From the NCBI GenBank assembly GCA_024644505.1, contig JAHEHQ010000001.1:1-28820 (forward strand): a stretch of DNA of 28,820 bases, written 5' to 3'. The translations under genes were made by a program, and so were the position numbers. The stretch's first letter is position 1. Every line of letters starts with the position of its first letter. Positions 28,406-28,820 of this stretch are shown one piece after another. Source of the stretch: Gammaproteobacteria bacterium. GTDB lineage: Bacteria > Pseudomonadota > Gammaproteobacteria > Chromatiales > Chromatiaceae. The notes below the pieces were generated by a model. The model worked only from the letters and a program-made list of their open reading frames with translations. It made no database searches and was not told where the DNA came from.

Positions 28406-28820
28406 TATTCCTTGATGGGGCATACCTCTGTATACACTTTCCCGGCTATCTTATAGCCGTATATAACACGGTATCGACCCAGCCTCCATAAACCGCACAG
28501 CTAAACTATTCTCCACTTTCTCCCCTGCACGGTACAAGCGACCAAATACCTAATGAGTGTCTGTCCGGAAACAGCATCTTCCGGCATTCGCCGGTATGAC
28601 GTGGTTTCAGGAAAACATGTGCTTTTGGACAGACGCTAACTACTAACCAAGTAGTGGGCCGCGCGGATTCAGCAAATAGAAGTGAAGGCGCGGTATAAAT
28701 GCCGGAAGTGGTGTGAGCAAAATCGATTCAGGCTGGAGGATTTGCCGGGACAGGGCTCCCTATAATCGGTTCGTTCCTGGACTGGACCACCAGTTCATGT
28801 TTCACTTAACAGGGAATCCT

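Noticed and set aside
28205-28423. Two short ORFs (64 and 72 aa) upstream of the LytTR gene
   Set aside because: They lie inside the palindromic repeat element, and the MRILI start mimics a receiver domain only by chance.
28738-28766. Perfect TATAAT at 28761 as a promoter for a gene beyond the window
   Set aside because: The nearest -35-like hexamer (TTGCCG) is only 13 nt away, there is no extended -10, and the downstream gene is not visible.

Overview
GC-rich gammaproteobacterial chromosomal segment. A SoxH-like protein and a possible sulfur-globule-like protein suggest a sulfur oxidizer, but this is inference. The backbone is the conserved aroE / tsaC / topA-smg-dprA-LysM | def-fmt-rsmB-DUF4390-ntrY-ntrX-trkA-trkH neighbourhood, with hemB, purE, recQ and a GAF-PAS-GGDEF-EAL gene. 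No rRNA, tRNA, CRISPR array or transposase is visible. Five accessory pieces stand out. (1) A right-end regulatory cassette has an orphan AlgR-like LytTR regulator, then a sigma54-type promoter with an IHF-like site, then an ECF sigma factor separated from an in-frame receiver domain by a single TGA (PhyR-like domain order, no adjacent anti-sigma). (2) A ~500 aa exported, low-complexity Pro/Arg/Tyr/Gly-rich protein. (3) A SoxH-like metallo-beta-lactamase-fold protein with a degenerate metal site, coupled to a thioredoxin. (4) A hairpin-dense 260 bp spacer with an anti-Shine-Dalgarno tract and its own terminator (sRNA candidate). (5) A dispersed GCCTGTTAACACT repeat, probably a MITE end, found four times just upstream of start codons. 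All calls come from reading motifs by eye; no database searches were run.
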